A DNA stretch of 60,385 nt, filler included, from Basidiobolus meristosporus CBS 931.73 (lineage: Eukaryota; Fungi; Basidiobolomycota), in NCBI GenBank assembly GCA_002104905.1. It is 3 parts of 3 records of this genome, joined end to end, with 100 filler letters (N's around TTAATTAATTAA, not from the genome) between each part and the next. Parts side by side here need not be neighbours in the genome. Positions count along the whole stretch, not along the records: positions 1 to 24,731 come from MCFE01000942.1; 2 more parts are not named here. The stretch is one strand, 5' to 3'. How positions within the stretch are numbered: position 1 is the stretch's first letter; each line of letters starts with the position of its first letter. The position numbers and the translations under genes were made by a program. The notes beneath the pieces were generated by a model that had not been told where the DNA came from, ran no database searches, and was given only the letters and a program-made list of their open reading frames with translations. This document shows, one piece after another, positions 1 through 13,136 of this stretch.

Positions 1-509
1 TAGATCTCCAGGCATTTGATACTGAAATGATCACTTCTGGGATATTCCTGGGCACTGATTCTGGCTGAACCATGGTTGTAGAGTCCTCTGGAGTGAAAAA
101 ATTTTCATTGTTTTGCTCTGATTCAATCCTGACAATTAGGTGAATCTGAGATCAGATTTTTGTTGTCATCTGATGTTATCTTTTGTGAAAATTTTGAGTT
201 TTCATCAATCAACACATCCCTGGACTTGATTAGCTTCTTTGCTTTGGTATTTTAGAGTCAGTATGCTTTAATCTCATTGCAGTAGCCCAAATATATGCAT
301 TTTACACTTTTTGGCTCAAGTTTTGACTGAATTCTGGGCAGCTTCTTGGCATATGCTGTACACCCAAATATTCTTAGATGTTCTGCACTTGGTCTGTATC
401 CATACCATGCTTCAAATGGAGTAGAATCACAAAGCATTCTGTTATAACTTCTACTTTTAAGATAAACAGCAGTGGCAACTGATTCTGCCCAAAAATCATA
501 GGATAGCTT

Positions 510-1375
510 TTAAACATGGATCATAGATCTTGACATATCAATTATTGATCTGTTTGCACATTCTGCTACTCCATTTTGCTGTGGGGAGTATGGTACAGTA
601 GTCTCTTGCTTTATCACATGAATTTTGCAGAAGTGGATGAAGAGTTTTGAGGTATATTCTCCACCATTGTCAGAGCATTTTTTTTTGATTTTTTCACCAG
701 TTTCTCTCTCCACCATGGCTTTAAACTCCCTGCACTTAGAAAGAGCTTTCTCCTTTCTCTCCATGAAGTAGACCCATGTGTATCTTGTATAACCATCAAT
801 AAATGTGACTAAATACTTCATCCTGCCTAAGGATAAATTTTGCATAGGTCCACACAGATCTGAGTGAATTAGATCTAATTCTGCTTAGTTTTGATTAACC
901 CAGAGCTCTTGAACAATTGTCCGGCTTGTTTCCCATATATGCAGGCTTCACAGTGCTCCAAATTAGCTGGGGGATCAATTTTTACTCCAGAAATTAGCTG
1001 ATCCTTGATTGTTTTCTGCAAATAATCAAAATTAATGTGCCCAAATCTCCTGTGCCAAAGCATTGGTGTTTCTTCATTTAAGTTACTTTTATTGGCTTCC
1101 AGATATGATGGAATAAAAGTCAACTTGTATAGATTCTGATCTCTGACACCCAAAGCAATATGGGCACCATTTTGATGAGTGATCTTGCATCCAGAATTGT
1201 CAAAGCTGAAACTGAGTCCTGCTGCAGTTCCCTTGCTTACAGAGAGTAGGTTCTTGGCTATTTCTGGTACATAGAGTACTTCTCTGAAAGTCAGTGTATG
1301 GCTTCCTTTACTGCTTATTATGTTTACTTGGAGAGTTCCTTCTCCCACTGCATCAAGTGTTCTATTGTCACCCAT
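510..1375 (-). pseudogene. Copia gag-pre-integrase and integrase (rve) fragments
   Basis: LWHRRFGH...CEACIYGKQ zinc motif; YLVTFIDGYTRYTWVYF, SDNGGEY, PQQNGVAE. Confidence 0.9.
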
Positions 1376-1794
1376 GAAAACCTTCTTAATTGGAATTTCT
1401 TGATATTAGGTAAAAAGCTCTTTTTGGTGTGTAAGTGTTGAGAAGCTCCAGAGTCAATATACCATGTCTGAGAATCCTTGTTTGTGGTCATATTTAGTGC
1501 AGATATGAATAGTCTATCATCAGTTGTTGCAGCATTTCCATATTCTGGCTTCTTTTACTGATAATCTCTCCTTTTGAGGCACCGGTCTGATGTGTGTCCT
1601 TTCCTTTTGCAGTAGTTGCAAAATAGGTTGCTTTTGCCTTTGTAAGGTCTTGGGTACCTCCTTTGTTGGTGATCATTGCTTATTAAAGCATTTTCTTCTT
1701 CCTTCTTATTGGCACTTGATTTTCTTAATTCTTCATCCAGGAGCCTTCCATATATATAATTTAAGGTCAAATCTTCAGTTTTGGACTCTAGGGC

Positions 1795-2295
1795 TTATAC
1801 AAGGCCCTGAAACATGTCTGTTAGGCTATTCAGGATGGTAACTATCACATCCTCATCAGTAGTTGGTACGCCCACAGATTCCATTTCATCTACCAGCAGG
1901 GTAGTTCTATTAGTTAGATTTTTCATTTCTTCTCCTGGCAGCATCTTTGTAGTAAAGAATTTTTGTCTCAGATACATTTTCTTAGCAGCTGAACATGACT
2001 GGTAGGTGTCTTCTAATGCCTTCCAGGCATTCTTTGCCATTTTTGCTCTTGAGCATTGAATTAGCAATTTGTCTTTAACATTAAGGCATATGCAGTTAAA
2101 GACACTTTGTTCTTTCTTCTGGTACTTTAAGGCTTCCTCTCCCACATTTTTAGGAGGGCATTCTTCTCCAACAACAATGTCCCAAAGGCCTCTTGCTTGC
2201 AGCAGCATCTCCATCTTCACCTTCCACACTTGGTAGTTAGATCCATCCAACTTTTCAGCAGAGGGAAAGATTCCAGTAGTAGCAGTAGTAGACAT
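1795..2295 (-). pseudogene. gag: Copia gag N-terminal fragment
   Basis: EKLDGSNYQVWKVKMEMLLQARGLWDIV and AKNAWKALEDTY are typical copia gag motifs; the ATG at 2295 lies just after the PBS; downstream frames are broken. Confidence 0.85.
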
Positions 2296-2326
2296 TGCCA
2301 AGAGTGACAGCTTGGGGCTTATAACC

Positions 2327-2676
2327 TGTTGTAAGAGTCTTGGAGATATTGGAAGTGATTGGGAGAACAAGTAGATTATGTGGTTTTCATTTAATGATTT
2401 ATTCAATGTAAAAGTAGTATTTATACTTTTATATTGACTTGGCATTACAAACACATAGAATAGGTTAAGGAGGGTCCCAAGTGCATGTGTGCAAATTGTG
2501 GGGCTGTTTGGACAACTTTGAGAATTTTCATGTTCAGGGTACCTGGTATTTTGGTGAAAATATTCTAAGTATATCCCAACAAGGAATTATGGTCAGTATT
2601 CTCTAGGATTTGAAGGTGATGATCTAAGTGACTAAGTTAGGTGAATATTTAGGTGGAAATACAAATTTTTACAACA
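2327..2676 (-). repeat. Copia 5' LTR (350 bp)
   Basis: TG...CA termini next to the PBS; the same family recurs as a solo LTR at 50584-50930 and as an inverted fragment at 2677-2799. Confidence 0.85.
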
Positions 2677-3263
2677 TGTAATGCTAGGACCATGCAAAAG
2701 TATAAATACTGCTTTTACATTTCATAAATCATTAAGTGAAAACCACATAATCTATTTGTTCTCCCAATCACTTCCAGTATCTCCTAGACTCTTACAACAA
2801 TTAGCAAGTATGTTGTCAGCTCATATCAAAGCACTAATGAAGCAATTAGGTGCAGTGGCTGATAGGATAGATGCAATGGCCCAGAGAAATCAGTAAATAG
2901 TTCAGAAACAGGATGAGTGGACAATATGTGAGGAGCAATCAATACCCCAAGTAGAAAATGCAGTATCTTTGCTGCAAGGAAGTAACTCAAGTAGCTCAAT
3001 GTCACAGTCAAGAATTGGGCCTTTTCCTAATGTAACAGCAGAGGAACACTGTACAGTCTTCAAAGCACAACAACAGTGCCCAAAGATAAAGCCCACAGAA
3101 AAACCTATAACAGCATGGGAGGGAGACAATGTGGTGTTTATACCAAAGCCTAAGAGTCCAAAGACATTGAAGATTGGTGAAGCCATTGAGTGCAATAATG
3201 AAGAGTGGGCTAATATTCAAGAGGGCATCAGAAGTCTAACATATCATTACCTTAAGGCCAGCA

Positions 3264-3945
3264 AGGCATATTTTCCACCATTGTTAGAGCATATTTCTGA
3301 ATTTTGTCACCAGTTTCTCTCTCCACTATGGCTTTAAACTCCCTGAGCTTAGACAGAGCTTCTTCCTTTCTCTCCATGAAGTAGATCCATGTGTATCTTG
3401 TATAATCATCAATAAAAGTGATTAAATACTTCATTCCGCCTAAGGATAAAATTTGCATAGGTCCACACAGATCTGAGTGAATTAGATCTAATTTTTTCTT
3501 AGTTTTGAATAACCCAGAGCTCTTGAACAGTTGTCTGGCTTGTTTTCCATATATGCAGGCTTCACAGTCCTCCAAAGTAGCTGGGGGATCAATTTTTAAT
3601 CTTGTTTCCCATATATGCAGGCTTCACAGTGCTCCAAATTAGCTGGGGGATCAACTTCTACTCCAGAAATTAGCTCATCTTTGATCATTTTGCGCAAAAA
3701 ATCAAAATTGACGTGCCCAAATCTCCTGTGCCAAAGCATTGGTGTTTCTTCACTTAAGTTACTTTTATTGGCTTCCAGATATGATGGAATATAAAGCAAC
3801 TTGTATAGATTCTGATCTCTGATACCCAAAGCAATATAGTCACCATTTTGATCAGTGATCCTGCATCCAGAATTGTCAAAGCTGAAACTGAGTCCTTATG
3901 CTGTGGCCTTACTTACAGATAGTAGGTTCATGGCTATCCCCTATG
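3264..3945 (-). pseudogene. Second, rearranged copia integrase / pre-integrase fragment
   Basis: Near copy of ~655-1270 with an internal duplication of the CEACIYGKQ segment (ORFs 3252-3575 and 3596-3829). Confidence 0.85.
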
Positions 3946-4713
3946 AAAAATAATTTGGTCCTGCAGGTGGATCTGATCCGGATTAGCTGTCAGGATCCCG
4001 TTGAGAGACTGTCATTATACCAGCAGCTTGGAATTAGTGACCCTCATAACAATCTTATGATGGGATAATGACAGTGTTTTGCTAATTTTACAATCAAATA
4101 AAGGGATAAAACTTAACAATATTTTATTGGTGCTGCAACAATATTTGCATGGTATTGTTGAGGTCTTTTAGTGCTCTATAACTACTTTAAGTGGATCCAG
4201 TCAGCCAGGACATCCAATTGCTTTATATGGCGCAAAACTTGATGGTATTTTGACAGCCTCACAGCAAGACTCTGATGGTATTATATTAGCAGTGTGACAG
4301 CCTACTGCTGGTTCTTTATGATGCTACCATACCTATTGACCAAATAGTATTTTCTTTTTCTACCTTCCCTTGTGCAATTCATATATTCTACTGTAGAATC
4401 ACCCCTCTTTATTTGCTTACCCACTACTACCTTAGGTATTCCACATATAGTTCAGATCAAAAAAACTATGACCTCCTGCTTACTAACCTCTACAAACACA
4501 CACCCTTACCACAATTGACATACTTCTATCACCTCAACTCTACAGCTTTTTAGTGTGATACTTGCAAAGTTACCATATACCTTGTAGTGCTGGTAACATA
4601 TACATCTTGCAAACATATGCTTGGTTGTTGCCACTTCTGCTATGAATACCTCCTGAATATCCGCAAAGAACTTCTGGGTATTTAGTCAACATATTCATTC
4701 TCCCTTCTGGATT

Positions 4714-7106
4714 CTAGTCCCCCTTATAGGTGTGCTCTGGCTTTTGTTTGTGTGAATTCCATATTAAATGGTGTAGAAGTTGGCTTGTGACCATGAGAAA
4801 TATGGCATACCTTGGTAGAGTTTTCCTGATGAAAGTTAGTTGCTTGTTGCACCCAACCCAACTTTGCATTACGTAACTGATTACCCATGCATTGGGGCTG
4901 CTTAGCTTCTTAATGCCATATGCATAGGTGTCTCCATGTGCAAATTTGCCCTTGGTATTTTCCAACTCTTTCTGCTGTCCTCCTTGTGCCAACTCATCAC
5001 ATCCATGACAGACTTTAAGGTAATATTCTTGATGAGATTGGGATATGGTAGTACCTGCAAATTGACTTGTCCTCCTATTTCCCCACACATCTGCTCCATA
5101 GGAAACTCCCAAAAGGTGAAGCAAGGCCAAATATTCCCCACACACCATTCAAGATGGAGTAGAGAATGGATACAGTAGCAGCAGAGATCTATGTGATCAG
5201 CTTTATGTTTGTAGTACAGCTGCTCAAATCTTGTCACAAACTCCTCACACAACAGCTATAGAAGCATCAAGTTGGCATTGGTGATCTGCTTTGGGATAAA
5301 TATTTGTACAATGTCCACACATGACTCCCAATGCTTCCAATGTACTCTTGGTAGGAATGGCTACAGAGCACCACTTGAATAAATACATATCCAGTTCATC
5401 CAGTCTTTGCATTGGTATTATTGCATATGCATATGAATATTAATTGGAGACTGTGAGAAGCACTTAGGGTAGTGGATACTCTGCAATACCTTGCCAATTC
5501 TTTCAAATTTCTCGGGCATCTCAAAGGGCTCATTTAGCTTGGAATGCCAAATGTACAACTTAGTCATCAGTATAGGGATATTGTTGAAAAGCAAATGCAT
5601 TGCTCCCAGTGGAAAGCTTTTGCTCCAACAGGTACCCACTATCTTAAATATCTCCAGTTTCCAATTGATTCCATATTCTGGCCAATGGGTTATAGCTTGC
5701 CTACTTTGCTGCAATTGGATGCTGACTTCTGTATGTTCTCTCTGTGGAAAGATGAGATTCTTAGTGCTGGTGTTTTGGTAATAATAATGTGTGTTAGTTA
5801 TGGTGTAACTCCCCTGGATCTCAGACATTTAATAGCAATACCATCCATTGTGCCTGGAAAAACCTGCTATCTTGAAGATGGCTGGGGTATCTCCAATGCA
5901 GATGAAAATATGCACTTTTACATGACAGCCATTTACTTTTAGCCTGCTGGAAAGCAGACAAAATTCATCCAGCAATGGATACAGGTAGCTATCCAGTTTG
6001 GACAGTGATTTAGGCCCAGATACCAGTGAGACTACCATCAGATTATTGCTCTGATACCGTAAGATAGGTGGCAGATTCAGGTTGATGAGAATCAGTGGCC
6101 AGCAGGATTTGCTGGTAGAGTACTTGTTTAATGAGAATCCATCAAGTGTTAATGCAAAGGCATGGTCATACATACCTTCAAAGTAGCCCTAGCTTCTTAG
6201 CTGTTTGTAATGTTTGCCATCAAATATATAGTATATAATTGCGCTTGATTGATACTGAGTGCAGTATTCTATAGCTTTGCAATATTTGTTGAACTGCATC
6301 AGCTTCCTCAGATGGGGTATGACTAGAATATATCTGGAGTGTGAACAATGTTTTCCCTCAATGGTGGAGGATTTGTGACAGTTTGGACATGTTGCAATGG
6401 TAGCATTTTTGGATGTAAATGCCATGCAACTGTTAACACATGCTGGAATCAGGACAGTCTCTGCATCATATGTTGCCAGCTGCATGATGGTTGTCCACTT
6501 GTAACACATAAATGGTAAGTTGCATCCCAGTATGACTTTGGCAAGAGGTAGGAATAAATCCTCAAAGCCCCCATTACTGATATCAGTGGAAACACGCCAC
6601 TTCTCTAGCCACAACATTACATCAGTCACCAGTAGATGGATTACTGAGCCCACTTGGCTCCATAAAGTATCCTTGGCATTTATTTCAACAGGTGTTGTCT
6701 CATTGTATACAGGGATTTGACTGGGCTTATATGTGGTACTGTTGTTAGGGGAGATAGGCTCAAAATCCATCAGTGAACCTTCTTTGTCAGAGCTCTCACT
6801 CTGCATGCCATATTCAGAAGGCTGAGGTGAGCCTAAAGGTGTCACAAGCTCACCTGACTCAGTTTGCACAAGGTGACAAAGATAGCCAGGTGCCAATATA
6901 GAAGTATCAACTGGCTGGCAAGATAATGTTGGTACAGCAGTGACCAATGAATGGTCAAATATGACTTGAGTGGCAAAACACTGGCTGTGATCCTTGTCAT
7001 ACTTCCTATGCTGTTGGTGTGCTTCTTGGCTAAGAGGCGTGCCACAATAGCCACATGGTCTTTTTTCTCTTCTCTTACAGCATTGAGTCAAAGTAGTCTT
7101 GTCCAT
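4714..7106 (-). mobile_element. Degenerate CACTA/EnSpm-like transposase (Transposase_21-like), multiple stops and frameshifts
   Basis: Fungal EnSpm-like motifs: ACVNSCMAF...CPNC, IFDGKHYK, LTLDGF...CWPLILINLNLPPILRY...GPK...LYPLLDE, FWEFPMEQMCG; termini not identified. Confidence 0.75.
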
Positions 7107-7328
7107 GGGGCAAACAGTTTGACCTTCAACAACATAATGCTACTATATCACTTTTTGGTCAATACTCATGTGAACTTAAGACAGTCTTGTATTTGAGACA
7201 TTGCACCTACTTGAATGTAAGATTCAATGATGACCTGCCATAGTAAGAATTATAAATAAAGTTGTGGCATCACATACCCACGTATATGTCACACTGTTTC
7301 CCCTTTGATTTGACTCACTTCCATATAT

Positions 7329-8229
7329 ATGCCACCAAAAAATAAAGCAAAGTTGTCTGGTTCTCAACCAAACCCCACTGCTGACAGCAACAGAAGAATG
7401 GTTGCACAGCAGGTTGCTTTGACATTCAGTGCAACAAGCAGTGCTACATCCAAAAAAGGCCCTGTGGACAGTGTGCTCATTGAAGGTAATAATGCGGACT
7501 TCTCAGGCTCTCAGTCAAGTAGGCAATTGAGAACCTCTGTGGCACCACAAGCTGACCATTATGCTCAGGCAGATGAGAATGTAGCAAACACAGTACCCTC
7601 AGTTGAAGATCAGCAAGTGGCCATGATAAAATCACCACCACCCAAATTAGCAAGTATGTGGTTAGCTCATACCAAAGCATTAATGAAGCAATTGGGTGCA
7701 ATGGCTGTTAGGATAGATGTAATGGCCCAGAGAAATCAGTAAATAGTCCAGAAACAGGATGAGTGGATAATATGTGTAGAGCAATCAATATCCTAGGTAG
7801 AGAAAGCAGTATCTTTGCTGCCAGGAAGGAACTCAAGTAGCTCAATGTCACAGCCAAGAATTGAGCCATTTCCTAATGTAACAGCAAGGAACACTGTATA
7901 GTCTTCAAAGCACAACAAGAGTGCCCAAAGATAAAGCCTACAGAAAAACCTATCACAGAATGGGAGGGAGACAATGTGGTGTGTATACTAAAGCCTAAAA
8001 ATCCAAAGACATTGAAGATTTTTGAAGCTGCTGAGTCCAATAATGAAGAGTGGGCTAATATTCAAGAGGCTGTCAGAAGTCTAGCATACCCTCACCTTAA
8101 GGCCAGCATAACACGGGCCCATCAGGAACTCAAGGCCAAGCAGAATGCACTTGACTTGTTCCATGATCATTATACTGAACTCAAACAGGTAAACAAGTTT
8201 TGGGCCAGCATTGCCATGCTAAGAAAATA
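7329..8229 (+). pseudogene. Broken ORF of unknown function, divergent from the CACTA transposase (possible accessory gene)
   Basis: ORFs 7329-7742 and 7976-8260; segment ~7647-8108 is duplicated at ~2800-3263; cut off by the copia LTR at 8230. Confidence 0.35.
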
Positions 8230-8796
8230 TGTTAAGAGTAGCACAAACTATCAAAGGTAGAAGAACAGTTGCAACTTCAGAAGTGATTTGGATATCAGGA
8301 ACTTATCAAGGAATTGTGATAATAGTTGAACTGTTGTTTTTTCATAAAGAAGCTCAGTATTTATACCTTAGTAGAAGTAATGCAGCTGTAACACTAAGTA
8401 AGGAGGGTTTGTTGACATTTAGGTGCATTCTGTAAAAGTTTCAGGGTTGGTACATAATGTTTGGTAAAAGTGTTAATATGATCTTAAGTATAGGGGAATT
8501 ATCATAGGATTGTAGATCTGAAGCAAGTGGCAATGTTAGGGCTGTAAGTTAGTCCTACTGTGACCTAGACTAGTTCAGAGCTGTTAAGTAAGCTTTTAGC
8601 TGCTGAATGATACCAAATATCTAATATTTCATCACTCCCCCTCAGCTAAATAATCTCTTGATCCTAATTCCTCTCTGATATTCTGAAATTGTTGCCTAGC
8701 TAGTGACATTGTCAATATATCTACCACTATTCTATCATTTGGGCAGGAAACTAACCCTACTAAGTTATCTTCTACAGCTTCCCTCACAAAGTGGGG

Positions 8797-9153
8797 CTAT
8801 ATATATATGTGCTTAGTTCTGGCATAATTTGTGGAATTCCTAGCAAATGAAATACAACTTTGATTATCCTTGTACATATATGTTCCTTCATCTGAGTTAA
8901 AACCCAAGTCTTTGAATAGTTTATGTAGCCCTATAGCCTCCTTAGCTGCTTGACAAGCAGCCATATACTCAGCTTCAGTTGTAGAAAGGGCCACAGTTGG
9001 TTGTTTCTTGCAATACCAAGTAATAGCTGCACCAGCATAAAGAAATACATACCCAGTGGCAGAGTATCTGTCTGTCAGATCCATACCCCCTTCTGAGTCA
9101 CTGTAACCATCAAACTTTGGCCTATTTGCTGCTCCAGAGTATTCCAGTACCAT
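8797..9153 (-). pseudogene. Copia RNase H fragment
   Basis: YSDS...SATGYVF...AITWYCKKQPTVALSTTEAEYMAA...DNQSCI...RTKHI. Confidence 0.9.
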
Positions 9154-9281
9154 ATTTATGGTACCTTAAAGGTATTTGAAATTTGCTTAACTGCTATAAT
9201 TTGAATTAATCCATAATTCTACATGAATTGACTGACTATTTCAACTACCACTACAATATCTGGACATGTAGACACCATCAA

Positions 9282-9698
9282 CTACACCAGGCTACCAACC
9301 ATTGATTGATAGGGAAAGTTTTGGTCCATATTTAAGCCATTATCACCTAAAACTGGCTGAGATTTGCGCAATTTTAGATTATTGTCCATAGGGGTAGCTG
9401 TAGGTTTGCAATTTTCCATTTTGAAGCATCTAAGAATGTCCCTGGTGTACTTAGACTGACTCAGCACAACTTTCTGCGTAGGTATGTCAAATTTCACTTC
9501 AATTCCAAGAAAATAGCCTGGTTTTCCAATATCTTTCATCTCAAACTTTCTGAAAAGATCTGATTTTGACTGTTTAAGTGCCTCCTGGTCACTTGTAGAT
9601 ATCATTAGGTTGTCCACATAAAGAACTAGGATAATTACACCCTTTTTAAGCTGTTTCACATATATACTGTGATCTGCAGTGCTACAAATGAACCCAAT
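9282..9698 (-). pseudogene. Copia reverse transcriptase, C-terminal part
   Basis: STADHSIYV...VLYVDNL (YVDD variant), FEMKDIG...FLGIEV, PYQSMVGSL. Confidence 0.9.
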
Positions 9699-12070
9699 AG
9701 ACTTATTCCATTGTACCATGGCAGGGTGCGCGGCGCAATCTGTGGTTGTAAAGAACAATTGGGCGCAATATTAAAGCTACCAGAAGGCAGGATTGTTCTT
9801 GGACAATTTTGCACTGTGAGGGACAATCTCACACACTATGGCATAATCCAACACAATGAGGTTGGCACAGATGATCATGCCAACTTGTAATGTTTGTATC
9901 ATGTGCATGATTGGATACCACTATTTTGGCAGGTAAAATCCGGTATTTGGATATGTTTCTTTAATGTAAATGGAAATAAATGTGTATCACACTATAAACT
10001 ACACTGATACTTACCATATTGGTTACCACTGTTCCAATTGGATGGTATCTCAGTGGTTAATTGGTCCAAAAGTATCATGAAGCTGGCAGCCCCCAATTGG
10101 GTCATTGACTACTAAGCAAGCTACCTGATTTGCCATCAAATATCCCATTTTGCCCATTGAACAAGTAAGTCCTTGATTCTAGTGATTGGACAAGGTGTCA
10201 TAGCTAGCACGTGAGCAATTGGGTAGGTGCAAAACAGATTCAATAGCTGCACTGGTATTACAGATGATGTATATATATGCAGGGTGTTTATTTATAGGGG
10301 TTCTGTCTCAAATATGAGACAACCTTGACATTACTTATATCAAAAATTTGATGATCGCTGATTTGCAATGGCGCGATTCAGATCGCAAAAAAAATGGGTT
10401 GTTGGGATCATTACAAATAATAGCAATTCAAAGCAATTGCATCATCTTCTCCTGGGTTTTTTTCTCACAGGGATTACTACTGAAGCATTTGGTAGTAACT
10501 CACTTTGCACACCTATACTACTTCCTGGCTGACTATCATCTTGGCTACTTGTGTATTTGTAGTCAGTATTTTGCCTCCTAGTTGATGAGTGCAATGCTGC
10601 AGCTTGGCCGTGCTAAATTGCTCCAGCTGAACTAACTGAACCGGCTTGGAGTGCCACATGCTGACACGTTCTTTTACTTGCCAGGGGCTCTGGTGGTTGA
10701 GGCACTTCATGTTGGCCATCATCAGTCAGTTCACCAGAAGTAGCTTGCTGATGGTCAGGCGGAACGGCATGTGCAGGCATGCCTTGACGCATTGAGATAG
10801 CCCTTGGCTGAGTTTGATGTGATGATGCATGTTGACGCAACTTGGTCTGCTCCAATGAACTCATGTCTAAATGAGCAGTTTGGCAAGTTCTGGTAGTTTT
10901 GCTCTGAAGCATGCACATTGACCCAATGCATGTTGACTCAACATGGGGCGCTCTGGTAAAGGGTGTTGGCGTGGTCTGGACTGACATGCGCTGGCATGCT
11001 GTGGTTGCAAGAGATGGTAAGGAATCCTGCAAGGCATGGTAAGGAATCCTGCAAGGCATGCTGGCGCAATCTGGACAATGTTGCTTGCGGTCTGTATTCT
11101 TCCTCCTGAAGCTCACCATCTGATTCCTCGAGGTATTCACTTATCCTCTGTCTGATACTTTGGAGCTGTTGCCTGGATGAGTCCTTTGTATATTGCTCTT
11201 GGAAGCCACTTAGCTCTACTAACATATCACGCAGTACATTAGTCATTTGAGGCAAAAACTCATTCAAAATCTCTTTGGTTCCCAAAGTTGAGGCACAAAT
11301 GGACGCGTCCGGCCCATACTGTGCAAATTGCGTGCAAAATTGTTCCCACACGGCTTCTTAATCAAATCCCCTCACTCTCAGCTCATTCTTGATTTCAATA
11401 CTTATCTTGTTATATATCTTCTTACATACATTGGCTGGCATCTTGATGTAGAACTTATGCCACTGCTTTCTACTCAAGTTCTCCCATCTTTGTTGACTCT
11501 CCAAGGTATCTAGTTCTGCTGGATTAATCAGTAGTGCCTAAATATCTGTATGAAGGCTCATCTTAGACACTTGGGCCATACTGAAATCATTTGGCAAGAA
11601 CTTGAACGGATCCAACATTGACTTTTCCAGTCCGGACCACGCTTGTGAGCTGGGGGATGGGTTTTGTCTGGGTTGTACTAAAGATGAGTTGAGACTTGGT
11701 ATGGGGACCATAGCAACAGATTTGGATACTTATACAGCAGTATACTGGCATCAACCTGGTCTTATATGAAATATATATGAAAACTAATGTGATTGTTGAA
11801 TTTTCCATATATTATGCATGATGCATCTTGGATTGCGTTGACACAGATCAGATCACATCAATTGCAGATTTCCTATTTTATTACAGACATATGAGCAATG
11901 CATCAATAAAAGTACTAAGGCATTGTTTGCAGATGATTTTTGCAACGTATTGATGGGATACATGGTAATTGATGGAGATTTAATCATAATGCATTAAAAA
12001 TCTGATAAATAACACGGATTGTGCCAAATCCATTCAAACCACCTCCATACAGTCATCCACCAATTTTAAT

Positions 12071-12950
12071 ATGAATTACTCATCTGAATGGTCTTTTCTC
12101 ATCAATCTCATCACTACCACTGGATTTTCTTTTGACACACTAGAGGAGATCTATTCCAATTACTGTGGACCATCAACCCCAATCTACTCAAGGAGATCCC
12201 TTGTTAAGCTTCTCTGCTATTACAAGAACTATTGCCCCACAATGTTTCATCCCACTATCCATAGCAAAAAAAGTCCTAGAAGCTTTCATTCCCAGCTGAC
12301 AGCAATGAAGAACCACCTTGCAGAGTGTATGAATGACTTAGAGCAAGCTTGGAATACTAGGTTCAGAAGCTCCAGTAGACTTTCATATCCCAGAGTGTTC
12401 AGCAACAGGTTCCATATAAGGAGTATTTTGGATACCTTCCCAGTGAGGATTAACAGACCTTCTAGAGGGCAGAAGCACTTTTATTCTGGCAAGTAAAGGC
12501 ACACTGTGTGAAGTTTCAAGCACTGTCTGACATTAAGGGTAACATCATCTGGTTTAGTGGGCCATTTGCTGGAAGTAGGCATGACAAAGCACTCTGGGTA
12601 GAGAATCATCCTGAATTCAGTAGAAGGGAGAAATGTATGGCAGACTTAGCCTTTATAGGAGAGGATTGTCACAGATTAGGATGTATTACAGATAAAAGGA
12701 AGCCAAGGAATGGTGTGCTTAGCAGGAAGCAGAAGCTCTACAATGAGATATTTATTCATTTCAGAGTGAAGGTAGAGCACACATTTGGATATCTGAAGAG
12801 GTTCAGCATATTGGCAGGTAAGTACAGTGGAAAGTCATATATAGGAGAAACAGCAGAAAAGGTAAAGTAGTTAAGATACTTATTAATGCACAGTATGCTC
12901 ATACAAGAAGACATCCACTGAGAGAAATGTGTCTGGAGCATTATGAAGAG
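12071..12950 (+). pseudogene. DDE_Tnp_4 (IS5/Harbinger-like) transposase, frameshifted
   Basis: ILDTFPVRINRP...FYSGK, KFQALSD...GPFAGSRHD, MADLAFIG, RVKVEHTFGYLKRFSIL; split into ORFs 12071-12496 and 12508-12870. Confidence 0.85.
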
Positions 12951-13024
12951 TAAATAAAGCAAGTAAAGCACTATTCTGAGCAGCATAAATAAGATTGAGT
13001 AAAATTACCAGTAACTGTATCATA

Positions 13025-13121
13025 CCACTGGCATCATGGTAGAAATTATAGTGCCAGATAGTGCCGTAGGGTGCCAGATCAATCTGGCACTATAAACAGG
13101 CTGGCACTATGTGGCACTATC
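13025..13121. repeat. Subterminal GGCACTA/TAGTGCC repeats in inverted arrangement
   Basis: Several TAGTGCC and GGCACTA motifs next to the TIR; mirrored at ~17782-17880 in copy 2. Confidence 0.75.
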
Positions 13122-13136
13122 CAATGGAACAAGTTT

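Larger units (their letters stand above)
1..2676 (-). mobile_element. Degenerate Ty1/copia LTR retrotransposon, 5' half (5' LTR, gag, protease, integrase)
   Basis: LTR TGTTGTAAGA...TTTTACAACA at 2327-2676; adjacent minus-strand PBS GGTTATAAGCCCC (copia-type GGTTAT site); broken ORFs with gag, CCHC knuckle CNYCKRKGHTSDRC, protease WYIDSGAS (~1445-1470) and rve integrase motifs in copia order. Confidence 0.9.
9699..13136 (+). mobile_element. PIF/Harbinger-group (PHIS, DDE_Tnp_4) DNA transposon, complete copy
   Basis: Imperfect 15-bp TIRs AGACTTATTCCATTG (9699-9713) and CAATGGAACAAGTTT (13122-13136); 3-bp TSD AAT (9696-9698, 13137-13139); removing the element restores the copia RT frame YLEE-I-GFICSTADH. 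Confidence 0.85.
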
